Shown: positions 9,545 to 20,651, counted from the first letter of the stretch. The stretch is DNA of 32,000 bases from Wolbachia endosymbiont of Litomosoides sigmodontis (GCF_013365435.1 NZ_CP046577.1:150001-182000); one strand, 5' to 3'. Numbers and translations are program-made. The notes: generated by a model not told the origin, from the sequence alone.

Positions 9545-12196
9545 ATGAATACTGTTGTAAGTTGTGAAAAAGTTTTTGGTTCAAATAATGATAAAAAAGA
9601 ACCTATTCTTACTTTAGGAAAACAACAATCTATTTCCAAGTTGGGAGAAAAGAAGAAATTGTTGGCTGGTTTTGATATCCCGCTAAGTGTATTTCGTCAT
9701 AAAAGTTATGACTCTGACTTTTTTACTTCTTGGTATAATGTGTCAAGTGAAATATTTAAAGAGATAAACAGAACTTGCCGAGAAAAACTGCTACTAAATT
9801 TAGCTTTATCTGTTTTAATGCTTCCTTATATTGCTGTTATTGCATTAGGATTAGTTATATATAACAGATTTCAAGCAAATAGTAAAACACAGAATAGTTC
9901 AGAGAAGAATAAAATAGAAAGGAGTAAAGTAAGTGAAAGTACAGTAAAAAGATTAGTATATGGTTTTCTTGCTGCAATAGCGACTCTTGTTAATATAGCT
10001 GTGCTTATAGTATTAATTGTTCCTGCAACACTCGCTTTGGCTACTTTTTATTTTTTGAATAAGGAATTATCTCGTTCTTTGAGTGCTGCTTTTAAAGTAA
10101 GCGCGGGACTGTATCGCAGTGAACACCAGAATATTGCAATATCTTTTCATGAAGCAGAAGTTACTGAACCAAACATTGCATGGGATATGGAAATAAAATT
10201 TCCTCCACAATTTGAGCAGTTGCTTAGAGATTTGTATGAAGATAAAAATGATAAGCTATTTGTTACACGAGATTCGGAACATAATACTGTACTGAAATTA
10301 TCAGCTAATATTCATTTAAGAAATAGTCTTATAACTTTGCATAATGAGATCAAGGAAGTGCTTAATACTTCGATTCAAGAGTTTGCGAGGACTATGGAAG
10401 AGCTGATAAAGCTAGAAAAGAAAGATATTATATATGATAAGCTGGGGGAGTTGTTAAACGGATTTAGACTAAGAGTGGTGAATAGTGTAGGTCCTAAATT
10501 AACAAGTCGTTTGATGCAGGATGCTTACGGAGTCGCTTTTATACAGGCAATCAAGATTGCACAAGGGGAAGGAATGAGGAAGGAAGGTTTTTCGTTGGAG
10601 GAAAGACTAAAAGAAGTATTGGTAAAGGAAGAATTAAAAAGCCAAGGTAAGGAATTATCAAGTAAAAAAGATATTATAATAGAAGATTTGGAGAATGCAG
10701 GGATAAAAGTACCAAAAGACTTAAAAGAATATGAATTTTCTGTATATGAAGCAGAATGGAGGTACAGCAAAGAAGTGCGTAAAAGAACATTTATTGAGGT
10801 TTCTGAGAATAAGTATCTTCAAGAAACAAAGACAGCTCTAGGTAATGCAAAAGAAGAAATTCAATATTTGAAGGAGTTAGTATTAAAAAGGTATAATGAT
10901 ATATATAAAGAGCTGGAAAAAATGCATGAGAATTGGAGAAATGGTAACTTAAAAAATGGTACCTTAAAAAGGAGATTAGAAGATCTTTTTAAATTAGATC
11001 ATGATGATCAAGAGATTGAGCAAAGGTTAATAGAATCAAGAATAAAGGCTATTCGGGCTCTATTGAATAGGTTAGATGATGGAGTAAAGCAGTCTTTAAT
11101 GGAAGAGCTTAATGAGTTGGAAGCAAAAACTTCAAGTAAAGTAGATGGCTTTGTAGAAAGGACGTATTTAGAGATAAAGCAATATGAAATGCAAAGGTTA
11201 CTTCAAAAACAGAAGAAAGGTGTTCTGGATTTATGCAGGATATTAAAAGAATATGAACCTGGCTTAGCAGAAATGATTGAGATTTTTCGCAGACAAGGAC
11301 ATTTGGAGGTAGAACAAGCACTAAAAGATCAAAATGAGCGTTTAAAAATTAAACTAAATGGTAGGGAAAAGGGGCATCCATGTACAAAATTAATAAAAGT
11401 CCTTTTAGAAAGAAATGAAAGAATTCTAAAAGCGTTAGAACAGTTAGAGTTATTTAAAGAGGAGTTGTTAATAAATGAAAAAACAAAAAGTGATTACAAA
11501 GAAGAGCTAACATCTCGAGAAAAAATAAAATTTGCAGTAATAGAAGATGAATTGCTGGATGTCTTCAAGAAGAATGAAACCTTTGATGGAGAGGCAATCA
11601 AGAAATTATTAGAGAAAGCAGAGCTTGAGTACTGTTTAGCAGAGAAATGTATTAAATATCCTGTGATTAAAACGAAAGATAATGTCAAACATTTCTGTCA
11701 AGCTTTATTGTCTCCTTTGATAAGCAATTTGGCAGAAAATATAATAAATAATGTACCAAAGGATAATAAAAGTGGACTTTCAAGATTTTTGAGCTCTTGT
11801 AAAGTTGGTTTAGGCTATATTAAAATGGGCTGGTCAGCTACGAAAAAGAACGAAAGTACAGAAGGAAAAGCGTTAGATGTGGCACATGATACTTATAAGG
11901 AAGTAGAGACATTGCTTAAATATTTTGAGTCGAGTTATGAAGAAGTGGGAGCTTTAGTAGGTGATGTATTTTCTGATGATGGTGAAACGTTTAAAAAAAA
12001 TATATGGCCTAAAATAAAAGATCATTTATGTGGAATGTGGGATAGATTCTTTAAGGATATTGAATTCACATTAGTCAGCAAAAATAGAAATATCTGTCAA
12101 GAAACAAAGGAAACAGTAAGTGCTAAATTGAATGGGCTTGTAACACAGGAACATAAGAATCCTGTTAATGAGCTTTGCTCAGTAACAGGGGCGTAA
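9545..12196 (+). CDS. Hypothetical membrane-anchored coiled-coil protein (orphan; no catalytic motif recognised)
   Basis: 883-aa uninterrupted ORF in an AT-rich genome. Hydrophobic segments lie at aa 82-106 (LLLNLALSVLMLPYIAVIALGLVIY) and aa 137-170 (LVYGFLAAIATLVNIAVLIVLIVPATLALATFYF). About 700 aa of strongly E/K/L-rich, heptad-like sequence follows. It lies 60 bp downstream of ileS on the same strand. Confidence 0.75.
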   Translation: MNTVVSCEKVFGSNNDKKEPILTLGKQQSISKLGEKKKLLAGFDIPLSVFRHKSYDSDFFTSWYNVSSEIFKEINRTCREKLLLNLALSVLMLPYIAVIALGLVIYNRFQANSKTQNSSEKNKIERSKVSESTVKRLVYGFLAAIATLVNIAVLIVLIVPATLALATFYFLNKELSRSLSAAFKVSAGLYRSEHQNIAISFHEAEVTEPNIAWDMEIKFPPQFEQLLRDLYEDKNDKLFVTRDSEHNTVLKLSANIHLRNSLITLHNEIKEVLNTSIQEFARTMEELIKLEKKDIIYDKLGELLNGFRLRVVNSVGPKLTSRLMQDAYGVAFIQAIKIAQGEGMRKEGFSLEERLKEVLVKEELKSQGKELSSKKDIIIEDLENAGIKVPKDLKEYEFSVYEAEWRYSKEVRKRTFIEVSENKYLQETKTALGNAKEEIQYLKELVLKRYNDIYKELEKMHENWRNGNLKNGTLKRRLEDLFKLDHDDQEIEQRLIESRIKAIRALLNRLDDGVKQSLMEELNELEAKTSSKVDGFVERTYLEIKQYEMQRLLQKQKKGVLDLCRILKEYEPGLAEMIEIFRRQGHLEVEQALKDQNERLKIKLNGREKGHPCTKLIKVLLERNERILKALEQLELFKEELLINEKTKSDYKEELTSREKIKFAVIEDELLDVFKKNETFDGEAIKKLLEKAELEYCLAEKCIKYPVIKTKDNVKHFCQALLSPLISNLAENIINNVPKDNKSGLSRFLSSCKVGLGYIKMGWSATKKNESTEGKALDVAHDTYKEVETLLKYFESSYEEVGALVGDVFSDDGETFKKNIWPKIKDHLCGMWDRFFKDIEFTLVSKNRNICQETKETVSAKLNGLVTQEHKNPVNELCSVTGA

Positions 12197-12201
12197 TACA
12201 A

Positions 12202-14763
12202 CTATCTTGTTAAGTAACTATAAATAGCTGTAAAAATATCACTACTATCACAACCTATTTGAGCAAGCTCAGCGTTTTCACCATAACTTTTCCCGGTTAC
12301 GCTAGATACTAGCTCTTTTGTGCTAACTTTATCAACTAAATCTTTACTTACTTTTACGATCAATACTGTTTTATTTTTTTCCGTTGCCGTAAAAGCTATT
12401 ACTGTTTTTGGTTTTTGTTGCTGCAAAATAAATTTCCTTACTATATTTGCTGGAATGTCAGTAAAAGAATGACTTATGAAATTCATTCCATTTATTTCAA
12501 TGCTTTTTATGTTTTCTGTACTTACAAGCTTTTTGTAGAGGCTTTTTATTTTAATTTCAGATTCTTTACGCTCTTGGTTTAAAATGCTTAACCTGCTTGT
12601 TATTTCATTTACTGGAGCTTTTACAAGTTCTGCAATTTTTTTTAAGTTGATTTCATTGTTACGTGCATAATTAATTGCTTCTTGACCAGTTAAAGCTTCG
12701 ATTCTTCTTACTCCAAATGCAATGGAACATTCTGTTACTATTTTAAATAAGCCAATTTCTCCAGTACGCTCTACGTGTGTACCACCGCATAACTCTTTTG
12801 AATCTCCAATGTTTACAACCCTAACCTGATCTCCATATTTTTCGCCGAATAATGCCATAGCCCCTTCATCTATTGCCTGATTCAGGCTTTGAATTTTTAT
12901 AAACGCGGAAAGATTTTCTCTGATTAAAGAGTTTACCATATCTTCTATTAAAAATAGTTGATTGTGAGTAACTTGAGTATTATGACTAAAGTCAAATCGT
13001 AGTCTATCTGGTGCAATTAGGGAACCTTTTTGAGTAATATGATCACCTAAGATTTTTCTTAATGAAAAGTGCAGAAGATGTGTAGCTGAGTGATTTTTTC
13101 TTAGGTTTTGCCTTCTTTCCTTATCAATGCTTGCTGTAACTATGTTATCTTTATAGATTGGGCCGGATTTAACTATGCATCTATGCAAATATAGGTCATT
13201 AACTTTATTGGTATTCTCTACTATAGCTATACCTTCAGCAGTAATGAAACTACCAGTATCTCCCATCTGTCCACCTGATTCGCCATAAAAAGGTGTTTTA
13301 TCAAGTATAATAGTTATCTTTTCTCCCTCTTTTGTAGAATCAATCATTTCATTTTTAGAGGAAAGTATAGCTAGTACTTTTGCATCTTTTACTTCACTAA
13401 AATCATAACCAACAAATTCTGTTTTGCCGAATTTATTAATCAGATTAAACCATACTTGCTCAACAGATTTTTTACCAGATCCAGTCCATTTAGCACGTGC
13501 TCTTTCTTTTTGTTCTTTCATTGCATTATAAAAACCTTTTTGATCAAAGTTTATTTTTCTCTCTTTTAAGATATCAAGTGTAATGTCCAAGGGAAATCCA
13601 TAAGTGTCATATAGCTTAAACGCTGACTCTCCCGATAAAGTATCGCCTGGTTTTAAATCTATAGTGAATTTTTCCAAAAGATTAATGCCTTTCATCAGAG
13701 TGTCTTTAAAATTTTCTTCCTCTGATTTTAACGTTGTTTCTATTAAGCTTTTAGCTCTGATTAATTCGGGATAGACATCTCCCATATAAGCTAAACTTGT
13801 TCTATCTATTAACACTGGAAAAATGTGATGAAGCAGGGAATCATTATATCCAAGTTGATGAATATAGCATGCTGCTCTCCTAATTAATCTGCGTAATACA
13901 TAATTTCTCCCTTCATTTCCAGGTAGCACTCCTTCTGCAATGAGAAATGCAGCTGCACGAAGATGATCTGCAATGACCTTATGCGCTGCTTTATTCTCTA
14001 CATCTCCACAGTATTCCTGTAATTTATTTATCAGAGCAGAAAATAGATCTATGTCATAGTTATCATAGACGTTTTGCACCACAGCAGCTATTCTCTCAAG
14101 GCCCATACCAGTGTCGATGCATTTTTGGGGCAATTTTTGCAGATTGCCTTCTTCATCTTTGTTAAATTCCATGAATACTAAATTCCAGATTTCAATAATT
14201 CTGTTGTCGTACTGTAAATTAGGCTTTGCATGGTCGTAAAAAATTTCAGAACATGGACCACATGGTCCAGTATTGCCCATACTCCAAAAATTGTCATCTG
14301 TTGCAATTCTGATGATTTTATCGTTTGAAAAACCACTTACCTTGCGCCAAATCTCATATGACTTATCATCAGTATGATAGATAGTTATAAACAATCTCTT
14401 TTTATCAAGAGGCAATTCTTCAGTGATAAATTTCCACGCAAATTCTATTGCGGTTTCTTTGAAATAATCACCGAAGCTAAAATTTCCGAGCATTTCAAAA
14501 AATGTGTGGTGCCGAGTTGTATAGCCAACATTTTTAAGATCGTTATGTTTACCACCTGCTCTTAGACATTTTTGACTCGAAACAGCACGTTTCATGTTAG
14601 TTTTTTGTATACCAGTAAAAATGTTTTTAAACTGCACCATGCCAGCGTTTGTGAACATAAGTGTTGGGTCATGTTCTGGAATTAAGGGAGACGAAGAAAT
14701 CTGTTTATGATTATTACGTACAAAAAATTTTATAAATCTTTCTCTAATTTCGTTTAGCTTCAT
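12202..14763 (-). CDS. alaS: Alanyl-tRNA synthetase
   Basis: 853-aa ORF. Motifs are [45 protein letters not shown], and the editing-domain zinc motifs HSATHLLH and CGGTHV. Confidence 0.95.
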   Translation of the reverse strand: MKLNEIRERFIKFFVRNNHKQISSSPLIPEHDPTLMFTNAGMVQFKNIFTGIQKTNMKRAVSSQKCLRAGGKHNDLKNVGYTTRHHTFFEMLGNFSFGDYFKETAIEFAWKFITEELPLDKKRLFITIYHTDDKSYEIWRKVSGFSNDKIIRIATDDNFWSMGNTGPCGPCSEIFYDHAKPNLQYDNRIIEIWNLVFMEFNKDEEGNLQKLPQKCIDTGMGLERIAAVVQNVYDNYDIDLFSALINKLQEYCGDVENKAAHKVIADHLRAAAFLIAEGVLPGNEGRNYVLRRLIRRAACYIHQLGYNDSLLHHIFPVLIDRTSLAYMGDVYPELIRAKSLIETTLKSEEENFKDTLMKGINLLEKFTIDLKPGDTLSGESAFKLYDTYGFPLDITLDILKERKINFDQKGFYNAMKEQKERARAKWTGSGKKSVEQVWFNLINKFGKTEFVGYDFSEVKDAKVLAILSSKNEMIDSTKEGEKITIILDKTPFYGESGGQMGDTGSFITAEGIAIVENTNKVNDLYLHRCIVKSGPIYKDNIVTASIDKERRQNLRKNHSATHLLHFSLRKILGDHITQKGSLIAPDRLRFDFSHNTQVTHNQLFLIEDMVNSLIRENLSAFIKIQSLNQAIDEGAMALFGEKYGDQVRVVNIGDSKELCGGTHVERTGEIGLFKIVTECSIAFGVRRIEALTGQEAINYARNNEINLKKIAELVKAPVNEITSRLSILNQERKESEIKIKSLYKKLVSTENIKSIEINGMNFISHSFTDIPANIVRKFILQQQKPKTVIAFTATEKNKTVLIVKVSKDLVDKVSTKELVSSVTGKSYGENAELAQIGCDSSDIFTAIYSYLTR

Positions 14764-14836
14764 TCTTTTTACTAAGATTACCTATGCATAATAAATTGCA
14801 ATGAAAGTAAAATCAATTTATCACAATCAACTTAGT

Positions 14837-15840
14837 TATACTAATTCTCATTGTTAACAAGTTAAGTAATTAATATTACAGAATTGTTTAATTGCGAAGT
14901 GAAAAAGAGAGTAATAAATTTGTACAAAGCACTTTCAAGAAAAGCAATTATATCATAAACTTTATTACGCAAAATGTTCTACTTTATATACAACCAAAGT
15001 TTCTGAATAAGATTAAGCTCTAGTGAGCATGGTGGTAGGTATACAATCTTAATATTTTAGATATCTTGCAATTTTTTGATTTATGCTAACCAGCATAATC
15101 CGTAACAAGAAAAGCTTCTGATGTTCTTTTAAATGGCACAAATAAACCAGGGCTCTCTCCATCTCTAGAATTAACCACATTGTGGAGATAAAAATTTTAT
15201 CTACCTAATTTTACTTTAACCTGTGTTTTAACGTCCTTTTCTAACTACCATTGTCTAACTTTCAAGTGTGGTGCTAAACTATAATTCATCAAAGATGAAT
15301 AACTCTTGTTCATGATACTTGCCAATAGTCTCATTAAGTTTTTTAAAACTCTTCCTGTCTACCTTTATCTTGTTCATTATGAATTGATCTTGATGCAATA
15401 TACGAAAACTTCATTCTCTACATATTATGGTATGGCTGTAGATTCACATATTCAAGCCAAATTTTTCCTGAATCTCATTTCTTTAATGAAAATATCAGAA
15501 TGTTCTTGCATTCATACTTCAACTCATTCAAACCGACTCTGATTCAATCTAGTTTTTCTACGATCTTAAGAAGAGCAAACAATTTTCTTCTTTTAAATGA
15601 AACTTTGCTGCAGCTGTTACACAGTACTTTTTTGCTGCAATTACAGCATTTAGTGTTTTTTTGCAACATATGCATTATTTTACACTTCCTTCAAGCATTT
15701 TTTTGCTGACTCTATGACTTTCTTATTCAAAAATTTTGATTTCACACAACGCCATTTAAATCTCGCTATCTTACTACTTCAGTAAGGCTTCTTTTTTATT
15801 ATTGTCTATCCGTTTCTTATGTAGTGAGAATTGGTATTGT
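14837..15840 (-). mobile_element. Full-length but decayed IS630/Tc1-mariner-family IS, copy B-left (~1.0 kb)
   Basis: Terminal inverted repeats are tatactaattctcattg (left) and gtagtgagaattggtattg (right). The minus-strand frames carry transposase remnants, including ...SLKLNLIQKLWLYIK.NILRNKVYDIIAFLESALYKFI, the IS630-type C-terminus (YSPELNP..RLW.YIK...RNK pattern), interrupted by many stops. Confidence 0.8.
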
Positions 15841-17199
15841 AAGAGCACGTTCTCTTGTTGTTTAATATAAATTACTTACATTTATCGCTTTTAACTAATA
15901 CATGTATTTCATTACTAACTTTATGGTGTAGTTCTGTAATTGAATATAAATAGTTAAAAAAAGAAATAGTTCTTTAGTGTTTCTTTATTACACCTAGAAT
16001 TATGTAAGCGTCAAGTTTTCCTTCTCAGTATCAATTTTAAAAATGTTCTTATGTTTTTCTTAAATCTTCCGCATTGATATGTAAGATCAGATATATACGC
16101 ATTTTAATAGTTTAACCACCTTGCTCTTGTATTCGCTAGGCATATTTTACATTTTAGAGTTAAGATCAAATGCTTTCATTTCAAGATTTGTATTTTTTCT
16201 TATATCATCTAAACCTTTAGCTAATTTTGCATTGAAATTCTCTGTGAGTTTTGTAGCTAGTGCTTTTTCATTTTTGTTAAAAGCTAGTATATAGCATTGA
16301 AATCAAAATTTTTAAGTAAGAAAATCATAGAGTCAGCAAAAAAATGCTTGAAGGAAGTGTAAAATAATGCATATGTTGCAAAAAAACACTAAATGCTGTA
16401 ATTGTAGCAAAAAAGTACTGTGTAACAGCTGCAGCAAAGTTTCATTTAAAAGAAGAAAATTGTTTGCTCTTCTTAAGATCGTAGAAAAACTAGATTGAAT
16501 CAGAGTCGGTTTGAATGAGTTGAAGTATGAATGCAAGAACATTCTGATATTTTCATTAAAGAAATGAGATTCAGGAAAAATTTGGCTTGAATATGTGAAT
16601 CTACAGCCATACCATAATATGTAGAGAATGAAGTTTTCGTATATTGCATCAAGATCAATTCATAATGAACAAGATAAAGGTAGACAGGAAGAGTTTTAAA
16701 AAACTTAATGAGACTATTGGCAAGTATCATGAACAAGAGTTATTCATCTTTGATGAATTATAGTTTAGCACCACACTTGAAAGTTAGACAATGGTAGTTA
16801 GAAAAGGACGTTAAAACACAGGTTAAAGTAAAATTAGGTAGATAAAATTTTTATCTCCACAATGTGGTTAATTCTAGAGATGGAGAGAGCCCTGGTTTAT
16901 TTGTGCCATTTAAAAGAACATCAGAAGCTTTTCTTGTTACGGATTATGCTGGTTAGCATAAATCAAAAAATTGCAAGATATCTAAAATATTAAGATTGTA
17001 TACCTACCACCATGCTCACTAAAGCTTAATCTTATTCAGAAACTTTGGTTGTATATAAAGTAGAACATTTTGCGTAATAAAGTTTATGATATAATTGCTT
17101 TTCTTGAAAGTGCTTTGTACAAATTTATTACTCTCTTTTTCACTTCGCAATTAAACAATTCTGCAATATTAATTACTTAACTTGTTAACAATGAGAATT
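14843..17199. repeat. Large inverted repeat: arms 14843-15744 and 16298-17199 (902 bp each, no indels, about 99% identical) around a 553-bp spacer
   Basis: The ORF-track pairs 15306-15542/16500-16736 and 15500-15709/16333-16542 have identical translations on opposite strands. All their coordinates sum to 32042, meaning perfect mirror symmetry about position 16021. By eye I found only about 6 mismatches (for example at 14878, 15020, 15637 and three near 15718-15727). Confidence 0.95.
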
Positions 17200-17206
17200 G
17201 GGTATT
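16298..17206 (+). mobile_element. IS630-family copy B-right, lacking about 95 bp at its 5' end; near-identical inverted twin of B-left
   Basis: It is the reverse complement of 14837-15744 and ends with caatgagaattgggtatta. It lacks the segment equivalent to 15745-15840, which holds the transposase start and the 5' inverted repeat. Confidence 0.85.
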
Positions 17207-17750
17207 AAGTCTTGGCCCAAATGTGTCTGATATACTGCTTTTGGTAATTTGTTACTCTCTTTCAATAACGTGCTCTGGTTGATATTTCATCACATAAGGC
17301 TCGATTTTTAGAAAATCAACACCTTAATTGGTGAAAATGTGATTTATCACATGAAGCAATTCTACTTTTATAGCCTCACTTGCATCTATTTTAGCCTGAC
17401 AGTTTTCTTATGTCCCCCAATTTAATTACACAATATTCTTTTCGCTTTTCAGTTGTTCTTTTTTGCTTTATATTGATAAATTTTTGAATTTAAACTAACC
17501 TTTTCCTTTCATTTAGCATTTTCTACCTTCAAGGTTTTGTTCTCTTAGCTTTAGACTTTCATTCTCTCTTTACGGATCTTTCTATTTTTGCTTCTAACTT
17601 TGCTATTTTTTGCTGCAGACTTTTCTAGAATTCTAAAAGGTTTATCTTATTACCCCACTTTTGCTCCATTATCTTTTTATACTATTTTGTCTATCTTGTT
17701 TTGTTACTACGTAATATTTGTAGCTAAAGGCTTTCGGCAAATTAGGTGGT

Positions 17751-18536
17751 TTATATACTGTTTGCTAGTAAACAAAATTGTTCAATAGTTAAATTTTCTG
17801 GACGCTCATTTCCACTTAATTTAGCGTTTTTAAGAGCGGTTTCAGTATGATTCGTTACATTTTGCAAGCTATTCCTTAGCATCTTTCTTCTTTGACCAAA
17901 AACAGTACGTGTTAATTTTGTTAAGACTTCTAAATTTACTGTGAATCTTTGTGTAGGTAAAGGCCTCACTGTAATTACTGAAGTATATACTTTCGGCCTT
18001 GGAAAAAACTTTTTAGGTTCGATATCAAACTCCCTTCTTACATCACATAGTAACTGGCTTAGCACTGATAGGGAACCATAATCTTTAGAATTGGGTCTTG
18101 CTATAATACGATCTGCTACCTCTTTCTGAAACGTTAATGTCAAAGTTGTAAAAAGTTTTATTTTGTTTAACCACTTTAAAAATAACGCTACCGAAATATT
18201 GTAAGGCAAGTTTGCAATGACTTTTACTGGGTGTTCTATTAGGTCCTCTTCTACAACATAAAGCGCATCCGCTTCTACAATTCTAAATTTGTTCTGGTAT
18301 TCATTAAGCAATTGGTTATGACGCTTCACCAGATTACTATCCTTTTCTATAGCCAGCAGAGACTTGGGATTATGCGCTAATATCTCTCTTGTTAATGCGC
18401 TACATCCAGGGCCAATTTCAATGACGTTAAAATCTTTTAAATTACCAGCTAAAATGACTATTCTTTTTGTTATCTCACTCGATAAAATAAAATTTTGACC
18501 TAGACTTTTTTTTGGCTTAAATGAAAATTTTTTCAT
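17751..18536 (-). CDS. rsmA: 16S rRNA (adenine1518/1519-N6)-dimethyltransferase
   Basis: 261-aa ORF. Motifs are SLGQNFILS, the SAM-binding VIEIGPG, and NLPYNIS. Confidence 0.92.
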   Translation of the reverse strand: MKKFSFKPKKSLGQNFILSSEITKRIVILAGNLKDFNVIEIGPGCSALTREILAHNPKSLLAIEKDSNLVKRHNQLLNEYQNKFRIVEADALYVVEEDLIEHPVKVIANLPYNISVALFLKWLNKIKLFTTLTLTFQKEVADRIIARPNSKDYGSLSVLSQLLCDVRREFDIEPKKFFPRPKVYTSVITVRPLPTQRFTVNLEVLTKLTRTVFGQRRKMLRNSLQNVTNHTETALKNAKLSGNERPENLTIEQFCLLANSI

Positions 18537-18621
18537 ACCACTTCATTATGCAATACTTTAGTCATTATAAAAATAGTTGACTGAAATTCATTGATAATTG
18601 TATATTGTTAACGTATTTAAC

Positions 18622-18694
<73 letters not shown>

Positions 18695-18977
18695 TGTGCA
18701 GTAATTCACACTTGACCTGATAGACAAGAATTAATTGATAAAAGAATGACTTTGTTGCATCTCTGCTTATGAAAGGCCAGCTATAGTTAGGGTGTAAGTA
18801 ACTTACCGAAAATATTGTTTTTTTATAGTCAATCTGATCATAATTTAAGATTAGTGATTCATTATCTGTATCAATGAATTTAATTCTATTTGAGAAATAA
18901 CTAAGATATTGAAATACTTGAATTTTAGCTAGATTAGTGAGTGATAGTGAGATTTCTTTTACTCAAATTTAGGTATT

Positions 18978-19046
18978 TATACCGATTCTCCTTACATAGG
19001 GAACTGATAGATAATAATGGAAAAGAAAGCCATGCTGAAGTAAGTA
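18978..19046 (+). mobile_element. About 70-bp 5'-terminal fragment of an IS630-family copy (C0), cut off by the end of copy C
   Basis: The sequence tataccgattctccttacatagggaactgatagataataatggaaaagaaagccatgctgaagtaagta matches the 5' end of copy A1 (3014-3085), including the flanking aggtatttata. Confidence 0.6.
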
Positions 19047-20052
19047 GTACTAATTCTCATTATTAAAACTGGTCAAATAAGTGACGTTGCAGAGTTGTTT
19101 AATTGTGGAGTGAGAAAAGAGAGAGGTAATAAATTTGCACAAGGGGTTCTCAAGCAAAGCACTATATTATAGATTTTATTATGCAAAATGTTCTGTTTTA
19201 TATATAACTAAAGTTCCTCAGTACGATTAAGTTCTGGTAAGTATGATGGTGAGTATATAATCTAGATATTTTTAGGTGCTTCAATTTTTTTGATTTATGC
19301 TAATTAGCATATCTATGACAAGGAAAGCTTCTTATGTTCTTAAATATTGCGACATTTATTTGAGAAATATACTCATACAATCGGTATTGCCACATTAGGC
19401 GTAAATAAAACTGGAGCTCTCTTCATTTCTAGGATTAACTGTACTGTAGAGATAAGAATTTTATCTATCTAATTTTATTTTAATTCGTGTTTTAACGTCC
19501 TTTTTAAATCACTCTTGTCCAACTTTCAAATGTGGTGCAGAACCGTAATTCATCAAAAAAAAATAACTCTTGTTCAGAATACTATCTTGATAGTCTCATT
19601 AAATTTTTAAACTCTTCTTGTCTACCTTTATCTTGTTTATTATGAATTGATCTTGAAGTAATATATGAGAACTTCATTTTCTACATATTACGGTATATTG
19701 TGGACTTGCTGACATTCAAGCCAAATTTTTCCTTGATCCTTGTTCTCATTTTTAATGGTAATATTAGGATTTCCTTGTATCTATACTTCAACTTATTCGA
19801 ATTGATTCTGATTCAAATCTGTTTTTTTTACGAAATTAAGAAGAGTAAATAATTTTACTTCTCTTTCAAATTTTAGGTGCTTTATCCATGTAATCAATGC
19901 TGTCTTCATATTCCTTTTGCTAATTCTACGGCTTTTTTATCCAATAATTTTGGGTTCAACGCTATTTAAATCTCGCTATTTTACTTACTTCAGTATGGCT
20001 TCTTTTCCATTATTATCTGCTTGTTTCTTATACAGTAGAAATTGATATTAGG
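19047..20052 (-). mobile_element. Full-length decayed IS630-family copy C (~1.0 kb)
   Basis: It runs from actaattctcattatt... to ...tacagtagaaattgatatta and is collinear with copy B-left at roughly 75-85% identity by eye. Minus-strand remnants include MEKKPY., KFSYITSRSIHNKQDKGRQEEFKNL and FFFDE. Confidence 0.8.
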
Positions 20053-20558
20053 TGAGAATCAAAAATATTAGAAATTATCACATTTATCTGATAAATCATC
20101 TTCTCAAAAGAATATCTATAAGAGCAAATATGTAAAAGGAAGAGCAATTACTCAAATTATTTCAGGCATTCTCACACAACAACCTTCCTACAACTTAAAA
20201 ACATTTCTCATAAAAATAAAAATTCTTTGCCAAACAAAACCATAAACCTTTTGCTAGAAATAAATAAAATTAGAACTCTATTAGTTACTAATAATGCTCT
20301 AAAATTGCCACTAAAAACTATATTTTTCTCAAAAGGAGCTTATTTTGGTAACTTTTTCTATTTTAAAGTGCTGCTTATAGAATTTTTCATATACATTAAA
20401 TTTTTGTCATTTTATCTGTACAGAGAAAATAAATAAGTGGCTTAGGTACTATGACAAGAAAGTTGGTGAAGCTTGTTCAAGATGATATCACTAAAATCTT
20501 ATAAAGCACAAAAACGTTTACAACTAGCGCTCAGCATGATAAATTGAAAACAGTTTAT

Positions 20559-20630
20559 TCCTCGGTAGCTCAGTGGTAGAGCAGTTGGCTGTTAACCAAT
20601 TGGTCGCTGGTTCGAATCCGGCCCGGGGAG
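20559..20630 (+). tRNA. tRNA-Asn (anticodon GTT)
   Basis: Hand-folded cloverleaf. Acceptor is tcctcgg/ccgggga with one G.U pair, D arm gctc-agtggta-gagc, anticodon arm gttgg-ctgttaa-ccaat, and T arm gctgg-ttcgaat-ccggc. Length is 72 nt. Confidence 0.88.
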
Positions 20631-20651
20631 CGTTTTTCTCTATTATTCTAT

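Noticed and set aside
15306-16736. Two pairs of identical 69-aa and 78-aa ORFs (15306-15542, 15500-15709, 16333-16542, 16500-16736)
   Set aside because: They run antisense to the decayed transposase frames within the inverted IS copies and are low-complexity and Leu/Phe-rich. Their identity only reflects the DNA duplication. They are useful as evidence for the repeat, not as genes.
17588-17788. 66-aa ORF overlapping the 3' end of rsmA
   Set aside because: It has a TTG start, is Phe/Leu-rich, overlaps rsmA on the opposite strand and lies in a region that reads better as minus-strand gene remnants.
20227-20436. 69-aa ORF upstream of tRNA-Asn
   Set aside because: It starts with TTG and is low-complexity (runs of N, K, L, F) with no RBS. 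It is most likely random in AT-rich intergenic DNA.
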